From the NCBI GenBank assembly GCA_051362555.1, contig CM120641.1, forward strand, positions 9,796,001 through 9,860,000: DNA of 64,000 nt, in the 5' to 3' direction. Below are positions 12,959 through 25,130 of the stretch, piece after piece. How positions within the stretch are numbered: the first letter of the stretch is position 1; every line of letters starts with the position of its first letter. The notes below the pieces were generated by a model. That model did not search any database, was not told the origin of the DNA, and was given only the letters and a program-made list of their open reading frames with translations. The translations under genes and the position numbers were made by a program. The stretch is from Lingula anatina (taxonomy: Eukaryota; Animalia; Brachiopoda).

Positions 12959-15900
12959 ATAATAATAATAATAAAAGAAAAACAACTGAATTTAGCTTCA
13001 TTTTATATGGAAGCCTATCTCTCGCAGGTATTAACTTAACCCCACCTTCTGTGGCTAATGGCAGCCATTTTGTTTTGTTTCAAAAAGGATACACATAACA
13101 TTCTCATTACATATTTATCATGTGGATTAAAAAAATGTGGAAAATACTCAGAAACAAACCTAATTTATATTATATCTCCATGGCAGAAGAAGCCCTATGT
13201 GTATACTATAGTGTTCCTTTGATATGGCGGCCATCTTGGATTTTTCTTGAAATGCCTGAGAATAAAGGTTAGTTACTCACTAAAAATATATTATTTCTGT
13301 AATAAGGCACTCAGAAACAAAATTAATTAGATAGTGGGCAATGCATCTTCCTAGTTGGCATTAGTTGAAAACCCTTGTACATGTTCTAGTATTCCTATGC
13401 TATATGGCGGCCATCTTGGATTTTCAAAAAGTCCAAGGACACTTGTTTGTCATCTGACATATATGCATAATATGGGTAATAAGGATGTGGAAAACATTGA
13501 GAAAATACTTTATTTGATAAAATCAACATAGGTATGTATATATTTCTACAGAATTTCACAAATTGGCGGCCATTTTGGGTTTTTTGGCCAAATGGTAATT
13601 TTTTTCCGTGGGCTACGGCTCTAATTTGATTTAGTATGTCAAAAGGTACCCACATGCAAAATTTGGTGCTTTTATCCGCCGTGTCACGATTTGGCTATTT
13701 TTTGCCCTAAGCAACCGGACTATACCTGCTATAGAGATGAGAGAAGGATTCTTCTAAAATTAATTAAGTTCCTAGTTTTACCTGGATCCTGAATTTATTG
13801 GTCTTTCAAACCAGTTGTTTATAATTTTTGAAGGGATCACAGTAGGTTTGAAGCATCATTATTAGAAATATAATCATGAAATTATATTTGATTTACAAGG
13901 ATCGTAGATTTTTGTATCAAATAACTATTCTTGATACACACGAGGCCATTGACGATTTTGCTGATACAACACGAACCATGTCTTTAAACAAAAGAAAAAT
14001 AAGAAATCTTAAATAGTCCTTTTCCATCATAAATGTGACTAAAACCTTAAACTAGAAAATTTCACTATAAATGCTTTGAAGTCTTTCTGGAAGAAGAGTT
14101 ACAGAAAGATCAAATCAAGAAAACGTGAACTTAACATTCCATCCTATGAATCTGGAAACGGCGGCCTTGTGTTTTTTTTTGCCAAGAAATGCACCTTTCG
14201 TAAGTCATTACAAAGCCCATATCCCTATTTGTTAGGTAACACTAGAACCGATGCAGAGGTGATTGGTAATTGGTTATTTTTGCATTCTATTTTTATCTTA
14301 TTTTTCCTTGGCTTTGAAATAAATAAATAATGATTTTCATAACGTTTGATTTACATAGGTTATCTAGAGGAAGCATTTAAAAAGGGTCTTTTGAAGTCTA
14401 TGATGCGATATAAAGCAGTGCATTCTTTAAAAATGACCATCGATGAACTACAGATGGATTATCAATGTTGCGGAAGCAAAGGATATTGGGAATGGTTTAC
14501 TGTCAGTTGGTTCGATAATAAATATGTGGATGTAAACCTCCCAAAAGTTGCCAGGTAGTACTTTTTTATTTGGTCTAATTTATTAAAGTAATTGTGTTAA
14601 TTTCAAGTATCGTTTATGTTACACTGTTCAAAGTATTTATATTTAACCTCATTTGAACGAAAATTACTGTTGTATCACTGTTGCATCCGCCCATCTGTTT
14701 GCCTACAACAATGCGCTTGGAAAAAACATGAAAGTATTTATACATTGGCATTTTATAGATAATAATATGAAACATTCCTTGGTTTATTAGATTGAGCTTG
14801 TTCTGATACATTATAAATTTTTTTCGTGTCTTTTAGCAAACTTAAAGAAGGTCATTTTTATACAGACAGCGCGCCTTTCAGTTGTTGCAACCCAGCCTCA
14901 TTTGGGCCATGCGTTCACCATAACGTGGCTCAACACCAGGAAACCACTGGAAGAAAAACAACATTGTACGAGAAAGGTTGCAGTCAAGCGCTTATAGAAT
15001 ATTTTGAAAATGTAGTGTTGACACCGTGCGGGATAACAGTATTCGTCGGATTTGCAATTGAGGTAACGGAACGCTGAAATGATAAGATATTTATGACGAG
15101 TATGCAGCGGTGCTTCTTTTTATTCACGCTCCACATTTTGTCATAGTGTTATCACAAATCTGATCGTCTTAGAAGGGGAGTATGCTTGTTTCAGGTTTAT
15201 ACTTACAGTAGACTCGAGCACTTTGAAAACAGTAACAAACGTTTTTGTATCCCCGAAATGCAATAGATAACGAGCTCAGCATCGTGAATATACTTTGATT
15301 GATCTTTGAAAAAATTCTCTCGATTATTGTACAGGAATTACCCTGTCAGTAGACCAGCGATTCGCTGTCATTACCCCAATTGTTGAAAACACTTTAATGC
15401 AAATTAATGACATTTTGGCTTCAACATTTTTTTCAGTGGGTCGTGCTGATTTTGACACGGTATCTTCAAACCTCCATAGACAACGCGTACAAGTGGGGGA
15501 CCCCGATGGGCGAATCCCCCGGCTGGCTGATGGAGTACATGCCCTGTAGATGCTTCGACGAGAACCAGCCTGACATGATGCCAAGAAAACACGTGCAAGA
15601 CCAAGATGTAGAAGCAGGCATGGGTGGTGACGGAGGCGGCGGTGGGTTTGAAGATTTCGCCGGTGGTTTTGGAGGAGGTGGGGGAGAAGGTAAATAACAA
15701 CATTAAACTAGCGTCACAAACACTAAAACCTAGCAAGTTGATACTCTTCTCGTAAATATTTGAACAATAAAATGCACACTATAGGCCTAGTAGTTGATAT
15801 ATTTTAACGTACCGCGCATAAATGTTGCAACTCGTTATAAAGGCAAAGAAGGCGATTTCTATACAAAAAGATGGAAACCAGAATATGACTAATAGGTGTG

Positions 15901-16361
15901 CCATGTATACATCAATTTAACTACTACTATAACTTCTTAATTTATATGTTCAAAAAAATCTGACCAGAGACTCGTCATGTAGGGTTGGAAATGGATTTTT
16001 TTTGACCGAACGATAAGTAAAAAAAATCTTTCTATTGCTTTGAATGAGTCCAAAATAGAAAATTGACATTAGGCATCGACCAAGAAGTATCGCTATTAAG
16101 ATCAAAATCGATATTAGTGTAGTATTGTTAAGTCTAATAGATATGTGTAATTTTACAGATGGAGATGGCAAGACAGACAAGCGTGATGAAAAGAAAGGAA
16201 AGGGTGATAACAAAAAAGACAAAAAGGGGAAAGAGAAAAAAGCAAAAGAGAAAAAGGAAAAAGGGAATAAATCAAAGAAAGCTGGCGGTGGAAAGCCGAA
16301 GATGAAGAAACCAAAGATGAAAAAACCTAAGATGAAAAAGCCCAAAATGAAGAAAAGATAG
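10496..16361 (+). CDS. Peripherin-2/RDS/ROM1-like tetraspanin, ~415 aa, with Lys-rich C-terminal tail
   Basis: Exons 10496-10865, 14359-14554, 14837-15062, 15437-15689 and 16159-16361 splice GT-AG in frame (1248 nt). Four hydrophobic segments. Motifs TIDELQMDYQCCG, EWFTVSW, PFSCCNP.S.GPC, LYEKGC, RYLQTS and ESPGWLME match the peripherin/ROM1 subfamily (PRPH2: TIDMLQIEFKCCG, DWFEIQW, PFSCCNPSSPRPC, LRYL.T, ESEGWLLE). Confidence 0.88.
11036..13722. mobile_element. Non-autonomous foldback DNA transposon (Academ-like) in tetraspanin intron 1
   Basis: Termini TAGTCCGG...CCGGACTA with 3-bp TSD TAC (11033-11035 and 13723-13725). The inverted arms match over several hundred bp. Internal ~160-195-bp units contain AATCCAAGATGGC, forward in the left arm and reversed in the right arm. 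No transposase ORF. Superfamily inferred from the TAG...CTA termini and 3-bp TSD. Confidence 0.85.
12920..12973. repeat. (TAC)n(TAA)n microsatellite near the turning point of the foldback element
   Basis: Read directly. Confidence 0.9.
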
Positions 16362-16485
16362 TGATAAACATATTTTAGCTGATACAACGATGTAGTATAC
16401 AAACGTATTATGTGGATTTATTGATAGAAAAGAAGTATATTTTGTAAAATACATATTTATTTTACCTAAATACCTCAAATATTAA

Positions 16486-19347
16486 GTAGCAGTCTCTGTA
16501 AGGTTCAGAATAGGGTGGCACATGACCCTCTGAGATTTTGATGAAAATTGGTGTATTTGTTCATTATAGCCCCAAACCAACATAATGGATATTGGTTTGT
16601 TTGAATCACCCTCGGTTGCCATGGTAACAGCACTTAAAATTTTTCACCCAAGATGGCGGAATCCAGATTGCAAAATTTCAATTTCAGCTATATTTGAGCT
16701 AAAAAAAACATAAATGTGGATAAATAAACATTTTTCATTTTCAGACATTGTTAAATATCATATCCTATTTGAACTAAAAACATATAAATAAATGTTTTTG
16801 GTGGCCCTTAAAAATTAGAAAAATAACTTTGAAAATGGGGAATTTTCAAAAATTCCAATTTTTGCTAAAATGCCAAAATTTGCAAATTTCAAATACATTT
16901 TTCATAGACTGGCCAAAGCCATCTATTATCACCATACATTACATAAGAAAGTACATGTACTGTCCTTATATAATCAAAAATAAAATTTTTTTCAAACACA
17001 TTTTTCAAAAAATTATTCAATTTTTAAAATTCTTAATCCAAGATGGCGGCAACCAAATTGCACATTTTACATATTTGTGTATATTAAAAATAACAAACAT
17101 GGTTAAACACCTATTTTATATTTGTATGTTGCTAAATCCCAAATCTTGATTAAGTGAAAAACATTAAAAATATTATTTTTTGCTGGCCTTTTAAAATTAA
17201 AAAAATAACTTTGAAAATGGGGAATTTTCAAAAATTCAAAATTTTGCTAAAATGCCCAAATTTGCCATTTTCAAATACACTTTTAACAAACTGGCCAAAG
17301 CCACCTATTATCGACATACATAATATAAGGAAGTACATATACTGAACTGTTTTAATCAAAAATAAACTTTTTTTCAAACACATTTTTCAAAAAATTATTC
17401 AAATTTTAAAATTCTTAATCCAAGATGGCGGCAATCAAATGGCAAAATGTCCCTATTTCTGCTGTAAACTAAACAAGCATGGATAAAAACACACATTTCA
17501 TTTTTGTATCCTGCTAAATATTATATCTTGATTTAGTCAAAAGCATATTACTCTATATTTTAAAAAGTCCTAAAAAATTAGAAAAACAACTCTAAAAATG
17601 GCAGATTTCCAAAATTTCAAATTTTAGCTAAAATGCCAAAATTTTGCCATTTTCAAATTTTTCATAGACTGGCCAAAGACACCTAATATTGTCATACATT
17701 AAAAGTGAATGTTTTGATTTAATATCTAAAAAAATCTTTTTTCAAACATTTAAAAAATATGCAAATTTTAAAATTCACAATCCAAGATGGCATCAACCAA
17801 ATAGCAAATTTTCCATATTTCCCTATTTCTGCATTAAAAAATGGATTAAAATACGAATTTTGTACTTGTGTCCTGCTAAATAACTTGATTTAGTCAAAAG
17901 CACACAGGTAAATATTTTTGTGATCTTTAAAAAAACTGATGAATTTTCACAATGGGACAATGGGTGTTAATCATTCAGGGTCATACAATAACAGCAATAT
18001 GGTGGTATTCTTTTGGTTGACATCCAATAGTTGAGAAATATCTCCTGCCAGTCTCAGCTTCAGTTTCAATCTCTTGTGGACTTTCTACCACTGTGCAGGA
18101 AAAAAAATTCCCTTAATCATAAACTACTATCTATAATGTGCGTGGATTTAGCAGTGCCCACCCCAGATTAATTAACATTTTTATTTGATTCTTTTAATTG
18201 TATATGAATATATTTTAAACAAGTCACAGTGAAATAAAACTTGTATTTAGTCTTTCTTATTTGAAAGAAAATGAGGCATCTTCTCTGCATAGTGGTAAAT
18301 TATATGAATATTTATTATGGTGTTCAGCATTTTTGTCACAAACTTAAAATACCAATATATATTTTCTCTCATGCTCCTTGCCCTAAGATGTTCGTAATTT
18401 ATTAATTTTGCTAATTTTCTTTTGGTATACAACTTATTTGTAAGAATATTTGGTGTAGGTAAAGTCCATTGGTAACCAGCTACACTGTTAGAAGTTGTGA
18501 TATCAAAGCAAAGCAGTTATCAATGTTAAGGGTGCCTCAACATGATAGTATTTGATGCTTTTTGTCCCCAGAATCATGCATGATCATACATTTTGACGAG
18601 TCCAACATCTGCCTCAGCACTGAGGACTAATTTGGCATGTTACAATCAGGTAGAAAGTATCATTATGATAATTTCCCCTATTTAAGTTACTATTTACAAT
18701 TTTTAATGTAAAGAGTAAAGTTAGGTCACCTGGTAGTTTTCAGTAAAGAAATATGAGAAAAAATTATGGATAACACAGACTTTATGATATCAAAACTGTG
18801 GGAGCATTATACTACGCAGGACTTGATTAGGTGAGTCTTTAATACAAATAGCATGATTATCAAGGCTTATAAAGCAAATCGTAAAGTAATGCTATCTTGT
18901 TTTCTCATTTAGTATTTTTTGTGACTGAAAATCTAATGTACTGCTATATTTTTCCGAGAAAAACTGAGCTACAAGACTGGTTTGTCAAATAAAGTGCAAT
19001 AACTGCCAATAGTACACACCATATCACTCCCATTCTGAAAGGATAAAACTGGCTGCTTGAACTTTGTATTATTTTTAAGGCGATACATACACAAGGACCA
19101 TTATATTTATGTGATCCTATCTGTTTTAACTCACCATGGCGGTCCACACATTTTAATACTGAGAATGACCTTATTTTAGAACACTCTATTTTAGAGAAGG
19201 GGTGCCTCAAATGTTATGGAGATCGGGCTTTTATAATCTATGCCCCCAAATTATGGAACGCCTTACCAAGTTTTATTAGAAAAGCAAACGACTTTGACAG
19301 TTTTAAATCCCTTCTTAAAACTCACATTTTAAAATCTGTCTATATCT

Positions 19348-19433
<86 letters not shown>

Positions 19434-21105
19434 TTTAGTAGTGTTAATTTTAAATGGTTTCCAAGTGTTTCAGATTTAAATATTTATATTATTGTAAGGC
19501 GCCTTGAGGTAGCACGTAAGGCACCATATAAGAATATTATTATAATTGACAGATATCTTTTACATGTCTATTTTATTTTACAAGGTTTTTTATTTAGAAT
19601 CCTGGTTGTGAAGAACTAGAAATTTCTTCCACTTGTATGAGTACCAATTTCTACTATATATATTAAGTATTCAAGTAATCTGTTCTGTTATCGACTTCAA
19701 GTACCTGAGAGGGCACGACGGGCCTTACAGGGCGCTGTTTTAAATTGGAGGTAGACCATACTCAAGCAGTAAATAGCCGTAAAACACAAACGCACGTTGA
19801 ACATCAAAACTTTATTAGAAAACCTGTATCATAGTTGACACTGACTGTAATTTAGAGTATAGTAACTGACAGTGCTTTACGTATTTGTCGATTATATCGG
19901 ATATTAACGGCAACTGCACGTGAGGGAGAAGACGAGGTGGTACATGAATTCACAGTGGTACATGTACCTGGTAGTTTTCTTGATATCCATAGTTAGTAAG
20001 GCCGATTATTTACGACCATAAAGTTCTACCAGTCCTTTCTTGTGGGTAACTTATGAAAAATTGCATATCATGCCGTAAATAAATAACTGTGTGCATTCTC
20101 CTTCCACATACGAAACCGACGGCAACAGGGGTAATCCTAGAGAGGGGTGAGAAACGTCCATTGTTCTCGTCAGCGAGGCTGGCTTTTTTCAGGGTATGTA
20201 CGCACAGACAGAAAACTAAGTATTGTGGGAACGTTACTAATGAAGCCACTGGTAGTACTAGTAGATATCAGCCTGTAGTCTTGAACAAGCGCCTCGATGA
20301 CGAGTGAACAGTTGTCAAAAACAAAAGACCCAGGCGTGGTAGTTCAACTACTGTTCATGCGTGCTGCAACCACCGAGCCTAATTGCTCCTCAAGGTCACA
20401 AAACAATATCCGGTACTGACGGCCAGGCTCATCTTAATCATATAAGTAGCGCGTTTCCACCCCCTGACGGCAATCAGAGCTCCCGCCATCTTGGATAAAA
20501 TTAGTTATGTTGTATATAAAAAAAACGATGTGCGGAAACAAATACTACACACCAGTCGGCATAAAAACAATCCAAGCAACAAATGATCCAGAAGACAAGT
20601 GCCATTTATCCAAAAAATATCCATTTCATGAGATAAATAACCTTAATTCAATTTATTTACATCTGAATGAGTTCGTAGTTTAGCAGTCACCGCTACTGCG
20701 CATGCGCAGATGGTCTTTTTCGCGTAGTTTTAGCGTTGATTGTTTTTAATGTAATTTAACCATTTTATGTTTTGAAAAAAATTTTATTTCATTTTTTGGT
20801 AGCTGAATATATGCTGTAAACATCTTGTATAGCCATCTTACATAACTACGTCGGCCATACGAGTTATTTGTCAGTGAATATGGGGTTACCTGAACATTTT
20901 ATATAGAAAAGCATATGGGAGAAAAATTTCAGGCTTAAGTATAAAACGCTCTAAAAAATAAATTATTTTAAATATGCAACTTTTCGGGCTCAATTTATTA
21001 GTTTTTAACATAGTTCTTCACAATAAATTAAAAGAAAACAAAATCTGGGAGGGTCATGTTCCAATGCCCCTATGTTATTTTTCTGATTCTTACAGAGACT
21101 GGTAC
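16486..21105. mobile_element. 4.6-kb TTAA-flanked non-autonomous DNA transposon (Kolobok/piggyBac-type target site)
   Basis: TTAA at 16482-16485 and 21106-21109. TIR GTA(G/C)CAGTCTCTGTAAG..CAGAA...ACATGACCCTC..AGATTTTG at both ends. Internal ~360-390-bp tandem units (CCAAGATGGC at 16648, 17038, 17420, 17782). No intact transposase. Confidence 0.75.
19215..19545 (+). mobile_element. 3' end of an L2/CR1-group LINE nested in the TTAA element
   Basis: Translates YGDRAFIIYAPKLWNALPSFIRKANDFDSFKSLLKTH, the typical ORF2 C-terminus (GDRAF..AP.LWN.LP...FK..LKT.L). Followed by (TA)n and a TGTAAGGCGCCTTGAG...GGCACCATATAAG-(ATT)n tail. Confidence 0.8.
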
Positions 21106-21415
21106 TTAATTATTTAACTTTTCTAATAAGGTAAATGTCAGTTGACAACGCGTTAATTAACATTTCCTCGGCACGTTGATCAAATTATATTTTCGTTGGA
21201 AAAATTTTCCTCATGGAAATTACAGCCAATATCCCTTTGCTAAATTAATCTTCTTGATTGAGTGTTCTAATATGTAAACAAAATTTCGGACATTTGATGA
21301 AAGTACATCGCTATTTTCGTGTGCCATTAGAAATAATCGAATGCAGCCAGCCACGGGTGATTTCGTTTACAAGTTCTGACAGCGGTTTTCGTGTCCTGAA
21401 TGAAGCAGTCAATAA

Positions 21416-23397
21416 TTAAGTACCACTGCTTCGTTTTAACCTGTATGCCACTTGTTTTGCCAGAGGCGCCCGGATGTGGTCTAGCATTGAATGAGCTTGG
21501 AACCCTTCAAAAGATGTCATGGAAAAATAACCACTTTTTAGGTGCTGAAAACTAACTTTCTCCGATAATGGAATGAAGTGGTTAGCAGAAAAGGCAAGAA
21601 CCTTTCTCGGTCGCACGACAAAAGATTTTGATGTATGTTCTCTGCTTTCCATTTTAGTTGAATGAATTCTAAATCCAATGTTGTTATCCATATCTTCGTG
21701 GAAATCGGTTGATCTGACAACCTGTTTGATGTTAGCTATCCCATCACCCGGGATAAGCCAGTCTTCAACAGTCATCACAATAATGTTGTGAAAAAGCATC
21801 AGGTTTTTGTAGAGACAGTGGTTTATGCCGGCCTCTGAAGCAACCACATGGTCAAGGTTCCTGGTCACATTATTCCAGTCTGTAAATTCGATATCGCTTA
21901 ACAGCTCATTTTTATACTGTTTCACCACTTTTTGATTTTTCTCACCAAGGTAAGCATGGTACATGAATATTTTATCGATTCCCATTAGTGTCAAGTATTC
22001 AACCCACATGATCAGAGCTTTAGGATCTTCGTACGCCGAGGGCAATAGGGACTGGTTGACGACATGCACACACACTGCTATGTCGCGTTGAGGTACTTGT
22101 ACACCCAGAAGGTCTAGGTGGCTAAGTGACACCATGTTGTGACTGTATCCACAAGACCGTGTTACCATGGTAACAGCTTTGGGATTGTCCTCGTTGCGCA
22201 GGGGACAGGCAAACACGTTTACATTCATCATCGATTTTCGCTTCCATTCTGAAGTAAGATATACAAAATATAATGAAGATAATATATGTTACCGTTTGTA
22301 ACTCTTGTTATATTTTCGTTAACACCAGCATTTTTTTGCTGGTACAGATCGGGAACTAATTAAACAGACAATCCACAGTCTATACGTTTTGAAGGAGGAT
22401 GCTAAGGGTCTCAACAAATTAAAGGGATAACAACTCTTTGTATGAGATCTATATTTCACAATAAAAACAATGTAAACAACTCATAGAAATATAATGTATT
22501 TTATTTTACCACAAAAACGGCAGTTAAAGCAATTATTCTGAAATCTGTGCTTGCCTTCGGACCATGTGACCGTAGATGGCTATACTCTGTAATAATTTCT
22601 AAAGATATATATATATATATATATTTTTTTTTTTTTGGGGGGGGGGGGGTCTCCTAAATCCCCTCCCCCTTGCACCCTTAATCTGAAACTTTCGTCATCA
22701 ACAACATGGCTATCGTTCTTATCTGTCTAGTCAAAATGCACATACTGAAGACAAGTCTAACTGATATTGGAAGGCAGAATACGGAACGATATTTACCGTA
22801 TTTTGGATAGTCCGATTGATTTCCAGCTGCTAGCATGGCGTATTGAGCTTTCACACTGCAGCGTTCCACTGGCGGGGACGGACAATCATACATGCAGTAC
22901 AACTCTTCACCAGGTCCTGGCATTAGTCCCACGGCAAGCAAACGGATGAATTTCACGTTTCGCAATCTGTCGTCAACAACCGCTTGAATAACATGAACAT
23001 TTGTGTCTCCTAGGGTCTGAAAAATCTCGACGTGTCGAAGAGCAATTTTCGTTGAATCGTGCGTTTTGAAAGACTCTCCATCGCAAATAGCTACCCATTC
23101 AGAACGAGGTTCGTAAGCTAACCTGTACACCATAAGGCGAGAATACTGACCATATGAAAGTTTCGTGTCTAAAGCACCAAGAAAAATGCGTTCCCCGACA
23201 TGAGCAAATTGTTGGCCGATTTCTATTTTTCCTGCTGAATCACTGTAGATAAGTAGAGCCTGAAGGAGAATTGACAAAATTACAAATGCTGCCAAGCGGT
23301 AACTGCAGAATCGCCGAACTCGAAGTATGGCTTCAAGTCTACAACGGTGTATATTTTTCTCTTGAGAGCGCATCACTTTTCTGAAATTTGGGATCAT
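21416..23397 (-). CDS. Glycosyltransferase family 92 (DUF23)-like type II membrane protein, ~477 aa
   Basis: Two exons, 23397-22797 and 22248-21416, join in frame (GT-AG, 1434 nt). N-terminal TM segment LAAFVILSILLQALLIY. GT92-like motifs IAVCV, WVEYLTLMGIDKIFMY, INHCLYKN and KSFVVRPRKV...H. The start codon is the first ATG in the open frame; family assigned from memory of motifs. Confidence 0.7.
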
Positions 23398-23852
23398 TTT
23401 AGAAGTATCACTGTTTTCTTGCTTGAATAAAAACTGTATGCTCTGTATCCCAAACGTGGAAATCGCTCTCGGCAAATGAAATGGAATATTAAAAGAGCTG
23501 CAGGCCTATCTGTCTCAGTGGTACCGTTTGCATTGTGAACAAGTACAAAAACATATAAAACATCAATTTACGACAGTAGGCATATAACGGCGCTGTTTGC
23601 TTTTCTCTCTTTCAAATTTTTAGGACAAAATTTTCGTTTAACATTCTAAATATGTGGATCCTATTAGATATATTTGTGAATATAGTAAAAGAAACCGGCT
23701 ACTGACTATCAGGTGATTATATATATATATATATATATCTATCTGGTGCTATGGTCAATACGACTTATGATACCAGTTTCAGCGCCCGATTCCTCGCTGC
23801 GTCCCATATTTTTTTTGTGTGTGTTCATTCCTGTCTTTCTTTAGTTGACTTA

Positions 23853-24077
23853 GAGTGCATTCCCAGAGATTTAGATCGATCCAGAGATTAAGATTTAGAT
23901 CGACCTAACTCCCTGTCGGTTCACGCTAAATTGCAGTCAGCCGAGCGCGCACGGTAGTTAATTACCCTCTTACAGCTTTTAGTAGGAGGGACAGATGCTT
24001 AAGCCGGCTAAGCTGACAGTAATCTAGTCAAACTCCCCACAGGGATAGATCGATCTAAAATCTGTGGGAGTGGGGTC
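23853..24077. mobile_element. Tourist-like MITE (copy 1)
   Basis: TIRs CATTCCCAGAGATTTAGATCGAT / ATCGATCTAAAATCTGTGGGAGTG; inverted homologous copy at 38025-38238. Confidence 0.8.
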
Positions 24078-25130
24078 TTTGTCTGCCTCTAGTTTTCTTC
24101 CCAGGAATCTTTCTAGCGAGGATGAAGTCTTCTAGTTGGCCTTTTCTGATATGAGAGGTGTAATATATCTGTCTTTCATTTATAACCGTAAGGAGTTGTT
24201 GGTCTTGCCCAACTCGCTTGTGAAGTTTAATGAGCATTATATGAGATGCGCATCAATCTACGGTAGAACCACATCTCTGCGGCCTATGTTTTTGGTTGTT
24301 GCATCTGATAGCCCACGCTTCACAACCGTATAAAAGAAAAGACCATACAAAACATCTGAAAAGTCTGATTTTTAGCATCATTGATATTCCCCAATCCTGT
24401 TTATATTTCAGATCATTTGATTGAAGGGAGAAGTTTGATGCTTAGCATCACAAATATTCCCCGATCCTTAAATATTGCAGACGTATGATTGAAGGTAGTT
24501 AAGCCATTCCTGAGCGTCTTCTGAATTTCTTCTTACACCTTCCTCCGCCGCCAATATTGACTAGAGGTTTTTGAAAGAATGGACTTAATCGGGATGCTAG
24601 GGCGCATATTGGAGGTTGACTTTCTTTGGAGATAACCATACCAAAGGTATTCTTGCACTTGATCTCCAGTCCTTTCAAAGAGGCATCCCAAACAAATTAT
24701 CGGCGACGTTGGAGGCCTTTCTCGCTGCCTATCAGGTATTGTTGATGTGGGTTTCATCTTGGACATAATAACGTTATTAAGCCTATGTTCAAGGTTTCAT
24801 TGATCAGAACACCGCCTTGTGTGTCCTCTGTGTATGTGCTCAGTATAAAGAATGAGAAAGTCGGGACTCATCACACACCCCCTGTCGCACACCACGATTG
24901 ATTTCAGTCCATTTGGTAAGGCCATTTGGGAGTTTACGTCCTTTTTTTCAGATGACATATGACCCAGTAGTCCTTGTCATAGTCGATGCCTTTGAGCCTT
25001 TTGGAAGAGATGTTGTGTCTTACATGGTAAAACGCTTTCTTGTAATCGATGAGGCAGATGTATTCTGTTGTATACTTTATTCCCTGAGTATCTGCGATAT
25101 GAAGGGGGCATTTCTTGTACCCCTGTAGGA
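24078..25130 (-). mobile_element. Decayed RTE-clade LINE reverse-transcriptase fragment
   Basis: Minus strand gives NRGVRQG-(frameshift)-CVMSPDFLILYTE (RT motif, ~24900-24840) and ILARKIPGKKTRGRQR (RTE C-terminal G.R.RGR motif, ~24125-24078), with many stops and frameshifts. Confidence 0.75.

Noticed and set aside
15950-16402. 150-aa Phe-rich minus-strand ORF
   Set aside because: Antisense shadow of the Lys-rich last exon of the tetraspanin.
16829-17883. Three similar short ORFs (MGNFQKF...)
   Set aside because: Translations of the ~380-bp tandem units inside the TTAA element; no protein features.
20150-20185. CTGACGAG on the minus strand suggesting a hammerhead ribozyme core
   Set aside because: No stem II followed by GAAA, so the catalytic core is incomplete.
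22161-22174. Perfect palindromic X-box GTTACCATGGTAAC
   Set aside because: It lies within the GT92-like coding exon (VTMVT) and cannot be distinguished from coincidence.
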